Shown here one piece after another: positions 59,231 to 64,000 of a stretch of 64,000 nucleotides of DNA (the stretch's first letter is position 1; each line of letters opens with the position of its first letter). Made by a program: the position numbers and the translations under genes. The DNA comes from Candidatus Multivoradales bacterium. Lineage in GTDB: Bacteria; Acidobacteriota; Thermoanaerobaculia; Multivoradales; JAHEKO01. The stretch spans positions 64,001 to 128,000 of the forward strand of contig CBDCVR010000015.1 of the NCBI GenBank assembly GCA_965223155.1. Direction: 5' to 3'. Below the pieces are notes generated by a model. The model did not search any database. It worked only from the letters and a program-made list of their open reading frames with translations, and was not told the DNA's origin.

Positions 59231-60634
59231 ATGACTCGGCTCTTTGGCACCGATGGCATCCGGGGGCCCGCCGGCGAGCCGCCGCTCGACCGGCGAACCC
59301 TGACCCGTCTGGGCACCGTCCTCGGCGGTCTCCTGCAAGAGAGTCACGACCAGCCCTCGGTCTTGATCGGAGGCGATACGCGAGACTCCACCTCCGCGAT
59401 CGCATCGGCTCTGGCCGCGGGCTTGACCGGCTCGGGAGTCGAGGTTCGCTACGGTGGAGTGCTGCCGACGCCGGCCGTCGCCCGCATGACCGCAGACCTC
59501 GGCTGCTCGGCCGGAATCGCGGTCTCGGCCAGCCACAACCGGCATCCCGACAACGGCGTCAAGCTTCTGGACGCCAGGGGTGGCAAGTGGAGCGAGGCCG
59601 CCGAGCGCAAGCTGGAGGCTCGGTTCCGGAGCTCGGAATCCGCGGTGGCTGGCTCGGAGTCGATCCCTAGTTCGGGACCCGATCTGGACTCGGACTCGAA
59701 CTCCATTCCCTCGACCCTGCAGCCGGAACCGGATCTGGCCTCGCGCTACGTCGAACGAGTCGCCGGCCTGTTTGCCCCGGACGCCCTGGCCGGACTCGAA
59801 CTCGTGCTGGACGCCGCCCACGGAGCGGCCACGCCGGTGGCGAGCCGCCTCTTTGGCCGATTGGGCGCGGCCGTAGATCTCATTGGCGCCGACCCGAACG
59901 GAACCAACATCAACAACGGCCACGGTTCCACCCATCCCGAGGCCGCGGTCCACAGGGTGCTGGAGACCGGCGCCGACCTGGGGTTCGCGTTCGACGGCGA
60001 TGCCGACCGCGCCGTAGCCATCGACGCCCGGGGCACGGTCCACGACGGCGACGCCATCTTGTACGTCCTGGCGACCTGGCTCGAGGGGCGCGGCGCGCTC
60101 ACGCCGCCTCGGATCGTCGTCACTTCGATGAGCAACCTGGGCCTCGAGGTCGCCCTCGAACGGCGCGGAATCGAGGCCGTGCGTTGCGACGTGGGCGACC
60201 GCGCGGTGGTCGAGACCCTGATTCGCGAGGATCTGGCCCTGGGCGGCGAGCAATCGGGACACATCGTCCTTCGAGACCTGACGCCGACCGGAGACGGACT
60301 CCTGACCGCCGCTCTCGTCGCCCGGGTGGTCGCAGAGACCGGCACGCCCCTGGAAAGGCTGACGGAGCCCTTCCAACGCTACCCGCAGATCCTGCGCAAC
60401 GTCCGGGTCGAGGCGAAGCCACCGCTCGAATCCTTGCCCGAAGTCATGGCCGCCGCCCGGGCGGTCGAAGACGCGCTCGGCGCCGACGGTCGTCTCGTGC
60501 TCCGCTATAGCGGTACCGAACCGCTGGCGCGGATCATGATCGAGGGCCCCGAGCAGAGCTTGATCGAGGGCTACGCGGGACGGATCGCGGCGGCGATCGA
60601 ATCCCGGCTGGCGCTCCCCGCAGAGTCCCGATGA
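59231..60634 (+). CDS. glmM: Phosphoglucosamine mutase
   Basis: FGTDGIRG, SASHN, DGDADR, GGEQSGH, RYSGTEP. Confidence 0.96.
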   Translation: MTRLFGTDGIRGPAGEPPLDRRTLTRLGTVLGGLLQESHDQPSVLIGGDTRDSTSAIASALAAGLTGSGVEVRYGGVLPTPAVARMTADLGCSAGIAVSASHNRHPDNGVKLLDARGGKWSEAAERKLEARFRSSESAVAGSESIPSSGPDLDSDSNSIPSTLQPEPDLASRYVERVAGLFAPDALAGLELVLDAAHGAATPVASRLFGRLGAAVDLIGADPNGTNINNGHGSTHPEAAVHRVLETGADLGFAFDGDADRAVAIDARGTVHDGDAILYVLATWLEGRGALTPPRIVVTSMSNLGLEVALERRGIEAVRCDVGDRAVVETLIREDLALGGEQSGHIVLRDLTPTGDGLLTAALVARVVAETGTPLERLTEPFQRYPQILRNVRVEAKPPLESLPEVMAAARAVEDALGADGRLVLRYSGTEPLARIMIEGPEQSLIEGYAGRIAAAIESRLALPAESR

Positions 60635-61377
60635 CCAGGCTCTCGGTCAACGTCGACCACGTGGCGACACTACGTCAGGCCCGCGGTCACGTGGACTATC
60701 CGAGCCCTGTCGAGGCGGCCCAGCTCGCGGAAGGGGCTGGGGCCGCCGGAATTACCGTCCACCTCCGCTCGGACCGCCGCCACATTCAGGATTCCGACGT
60801 CGAGGCTCTTCGGGACACCGTCCGCGGCAAGCTGAATCTCGAGATGGCGGCGGTCGAACCGATGCTCGACTTCGCGCTCCGGATACGTCCGGATCAGGTC
60901 ACCCTGGTTCCCGAGCGCCCAGGCGAGATCACCACCGAGGGGGGACTGGATCTGGCCGTCTGCCAAGAAGACGTGGGCCAGGCGGCGCAACGGCTGGCCG
61001 GCGCCGGCACTGCCGTTTCCCTGTTCTTGGATCCCGATCCCGAACAGCTCGAGCGGGCGGCCGAACTGTCGGGATCGGTGTCGGGCTTCGAGCTCAATAC
61101 CGACCGCTACACCCGCGCTCGGGACGGCGCCGATGAGCTCGCCCGCCTGCGGGACTGCTCGGCTCGGGGCGCCGATCTGGGGCTCGAGGTTTACGCCGGC
61201 CACGGCCTGACCACCGGCAACGTAGGGCCGGTAGCGGCGCTTACCCAGGTCGAGGAGCTCAACATCGGCCACGCCATCGTCTGCCGCGCCGTGCTGGTCG
61301 GCATGCACGCGGCGGTGGCAGAGATGGCGGCCGCGATCGAGCACGGCTCGTCCGCCGGACATTCCGGCGGCGCCTAG
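60631..61377 (+). CDS. pdxJ: Pyridoxine 5'-phosphate synthase
   Basis: LSVNVDHVATLRQAR, HLRSDRRHIQ, TTEGGLD, AGHGL, ELNIGH. Confidence 0.96.
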   Translation: MTRLSVNVDHVATLRQARGHVDYPSPVEAAQLAEGAGAAGITVHLRSDRRHIQDSDVEALRDTVRGKLNLEMAAVEPMLDFALRIRPDQVTLVPERPGEITTEGGLDLAVCQEDVGQAAQRLAGAGTAVSLFLDPDPEQLERAAELSGSVSGFELNTDRYTRARDGADELARLRDCSARGADLGLEVYAGHGLTTGNVGPVAALTQVEELNIGHAIVCRAVLVGMHAAVAEMAAAIEHGSSAGHSGGA

Positions 61378-61470
61378 CTCGGCGCGGATTTCGGGCACGT
61401 CAGCTCAGGGCCTCTCAGATCGGTACCGGCCGGCTTCCCGAGACGCCTCCGGTACCCGCTCCGATGCCAA

Positions 61471-63921
61471 TCAGCGGTCGCGCCGCCCGCTGATTCTCGG
61501 GACCGCGAAAAGAATCAGAACCGTAGCAAGGCTTACGAGCGCACCGATGCCGAGCCAAGGCTGCCTGAAACGCAGAATCACGCTCCCCTGTCCCTCAGGC
61601 ACCCGGATCGCGGTCTGGCCAAGGGCCGTGGGCAGGACCGGCACGATAGTCTTCCCGACCGACGCACGCCAACCCTCGTCGTACGTCGTTGCCAAGACGA
61701 GCAGCCCCGGCTTCGCCGTCCGGTACTGGATCTCGACACCATCAGAACGTGGACGCACCCCATCGACGACGCCGGCCGGATCGAATGTCTCCAGCCGACC
61801 GCCGTCTCTTGGGGCGATCAAAGACTCGAGGCGATCGACGTCAAATGCCCGCTCGACGACGTCCGCTCGAGCCTCTTCGACGCTCCTGAAGTACCGGGCC
61901 TCGGGGACGAAACGGACCGGCTCCAGGGAACCGCGGATGCCCAGCGTCTCGATCGGTGGCTCCGAATCCTGAATGGCCTCAGGAGGCCTTCGTACAACGA
62001 ACGCTTCGACCGCCCAAGCACCCAGCAATGGCGCCACCAGGGAGCGGTCCTGAGCCGCCGTTGTGTAGAAGAGCTCGAGGGCGTGATCCGCCCACCACGT
62101 GGCCATCAGGTCGTAGTCCGGATTGAGGGCGTAGGAGAGGCCCCACAGCGTCCCGACGAAGGGATCCAAGAGATCGACGCTCCGGCGAATCCACGGAGCC
62201 TCTTCGCCTTCCACAGCTGAAAACGACACCGCTCGGTGGTCGAGAAAGAAGCCCTGGTCCGTTGCGATACGCGCCCTTTTCCGGACCAACTCACCGGCGG
62301 AAGCTGGAGGGCTGAGGAAGCTCTCAATTGCCACTGTGGGATTCACCCAACGGTTGGCGAGGGCCAGATCGGCGGCAACCAGAAGTGGCAGGATCACCAT
62401 GGTCCACTTCCTTTTCCGCCCGCCAACGATCACAAGGACCATGAGAAGGGCGAGGGCGAGTTGCAGCAAGGCCCCCCGTCCGATGAAAGCGACTCCCGCA
62501 GCCAGCTCGCCGGCGCTCCGTACCTCAGGCGTCCTCGCTTGGATGAACTCGGCGCCAACCGCGGGCGCAAGCCCGAGCCAGGCCGCCAAAATCAGATTGG
62601 CGAGCGCGAAGAAGCAGGCCGTGACCCAGGCTCGGCGATGTGCCACCTCGTGCTCGACTGCCGAGCTCACTAGGCGTTCGGTCGCCACCGCGGCCAGGAA
62701 CGGAAGCACCGCCGTGGTTAGTAGGAGGAACTTCTCTGGGTAGCGAATCCAACGAAACGGCGGCAGATGCGACAGCACTTCGGAATAGATGGGATTGTGT
62801 CGGCCGAGCGCCAGGAAGATCCCGGCGGCCAGCAACAGGGCCCAAGCGAAGCGTCTCGGTGTGCCGCTTGTCAGCAGGCCCGCGAGCGCCAATGCGAGCA
62901 CTACCTGGCCGGGAAAGATCGAGAGCAGGTACGGATGCGTCTTGTCATGGACGCCGCTAGCGAAGTAGAGACCCCGCGAGGCGAGCGTGGGCTCGCCATG
63001 GAAGCGCGGGAACACCGCCTCGGCCAACCGCTCTGGCGCGGTCGACCAGACGAGCGTGCCCCGACCCTCGGAGTCCACTCCTTCTGAAGCCGCGCTCACC
63101 CGCTGCATGGTCGGTACGAGTTGGACGGCCGCGAGTCCCGCTCCCGCGGCCAGGATCGCCAAGATCGCAACCACCTTCCTGAGACGGTCCGTGGGATCCA
63201 GGCTGGCGAGCACGACCAGGGTGATGGCCGTCAAGAAGGCGACCGTCGGCTCTCCCGCCACGAGCTGCATGGCAATGCCGACGGGCGCGAGCACGACCGA
63301 CCTCGACCGGCCCTTGGCACCCATCTCGAGGGCTCCCAGTGCCCAAGACACGACCCACGGGAACCAGGCCAGGGAGAAAAACGGGCTGAGCGTGCCGACG
63401 CTGCTCACCATCCACCCTCCACCCGCAAAGCCGATTGCGGCCAGAGCCGCGGCCAATCGACCACACCCGAGCCGGCTCGCCAGCCTCCACGCCCCCCCAA
63501 AGCCCCAGATCGCATGAAGAAGGATAAGGATCTTGAGGGCGCTGACTGGCTCCAAGAGCAACACGATCCAACTCGGCGGATAGAAGGCCCCATAGTTGGG
63601 ATTCGAGAGAATCGGTTGCCCGCCGTGGAGAGTTGGATTCCACAACGGCAGGCCCATCTTCGCGAGCCTTGCGAACTCGGCTCGGAGCGGCAGATGGAAG
63701 AAGACGAGGTCTTGAATCCCGAGGAACCTACCCGGACTCAGCACTGAGCGATAGAAGAAGCCAATCGTCGCCGCTGCCACGAGGACCTGCGGGAGAAGTG
63801 ACCTGAAACCAACCCGAGACCACGCTGTCTTCCGGCTATCCCGGCCGGACTTTGACCTCGAACGCTCCATCAAGACCGGCAGGCAGCATAACGTAGATTC
63901 CGAACCAGCGATGGCCAGCAA
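61471..63921 (-). CDS. YfhO family polytopic membrane protein (GT-C-like; start uncertain)
   Basis: PLWNP...GQP, FYPP, IRYPEKF, YDEGWRA, many TM segments. Confidence 0.8.
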   Translation of the reverse strand: MLAIAGSESTLCCLPVLMERSRSKSGRDSRKTAWSRVGFRSLLPQVLVAAATIGFFYRSVLSPGRFLGIQDLVFFHLPLRAEFARLAKMGLPLWNPTLHGGQPILSNPNYGAFYPPSWIVLLLEPVSALKILILLHAIWGFGGAWRLASRLGCGRLAAALAAIGFAGGGWMVSSVGTLSPFFSLAWFPWVVSWALGALEMGAKGRSRSVVLAPVGIAMQLVAGEPTVAFLTAITLVVLASLDPTDRLRKVVAILAILAAGAGLAAVQLVPTMQRVSAASEGVDSEGRGTLVWSTAPERLAEAVFPRFHGEPTLASRGLYFASGVHDKTHPYLLSIFPGQVVLALALAGLLTSGTPRRFAWALLLAAGIFLALGRHNPIYSEVLSHLPPFRWIRYPEKFLLLTTAVLPFLAAVATERLVSSAVEHEVAHRRAWVTACFFALANLILAAWLGLAPAVGAEFIQARTPEVRSAGELAAGVAFIGRGALLQLALALLMVLVIVGGRKRKWTMVILPLLVAADLALANRWVNPTVAIESFLSPPASAGELVRKRARIATDQGFFLDHRAVSFSAVEGEEAPWIRRSVDLLDPFVGTLWGLSYALNPDYDLMATWWADHALELFYTTAAQDRSLVAPLLGAWAVEAFVVRRPPEAIQDSEPPIETLGIRGSLEPVRFVPEARYFRSVEEARADVVERAFDVDRLESLIAPRDGGRLETFDPAGVVDGVRPRSDGVEIQYRTAKPGLLVLATTYDEGWRASVGKTIVPVLPTALGQTAIRVPEGQGSVILRFRQPWLGIGALVSLATVLILFAVPRISGRRDR

Positions 63922-64000
63922 TCCCCGGCTTCACGGCTCGCTCCGAGCAGTCGGCTTCTACGCTCGTCCGAGCGCCCACTCAGGGTCGCACCGGACATTC

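Overview
High-GC bacterial chromosomal segment. The gene content (Kdo/lipid A genes, TonB-dependent receptor, Ser/Thr kinase-TPR protein, cdaA-cdaR-glmM) suggests a diderm, probably Acidobacteriota; this is inference only. Most of the window is housekeeping: GT4/wcaJ, moxR-DUF58-transglutaminase, murB, recA, thiolase, kynA-kynU, purH, lolA, kdsB-pyrG-kdsA-kdsD-kdsC-lipid A acyltransferase, tat, ctpA, rpmG, sodA, tilS-hpt-ftsH, cdaA-cdaR-glmM-pdxJ, and four tRNAs (Phe, Asp, Val, CAT). A decayed accessory island of visibly lower GC (about 25.4-31.0 kb) abuts the 3' end of tRNA-Phe. It holds IS3 end remnants, pseudogenes, an erythromycin-esterase-like lipoprotein and an ArsR-SRPBCC pair, and is bracketed by a 27-nt direct repeat encoding a beta-barrel-like C-terminus (GLGFGYRF-stop). 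The strongest leads are: (1) a tRNA(CAU)-tilS-hpt-ftsH unit in which tilS has no canonical start codon and the HPRT has lost its catalytic motifs; (2) the repeat-bounded island; (3) a Cys-rich orphan ECF sigma factor behind a terminator and an RBS-sequestering hairpin; (4) several apparently leaderless genes. All calls come from motif reading by eye; no searches were run.
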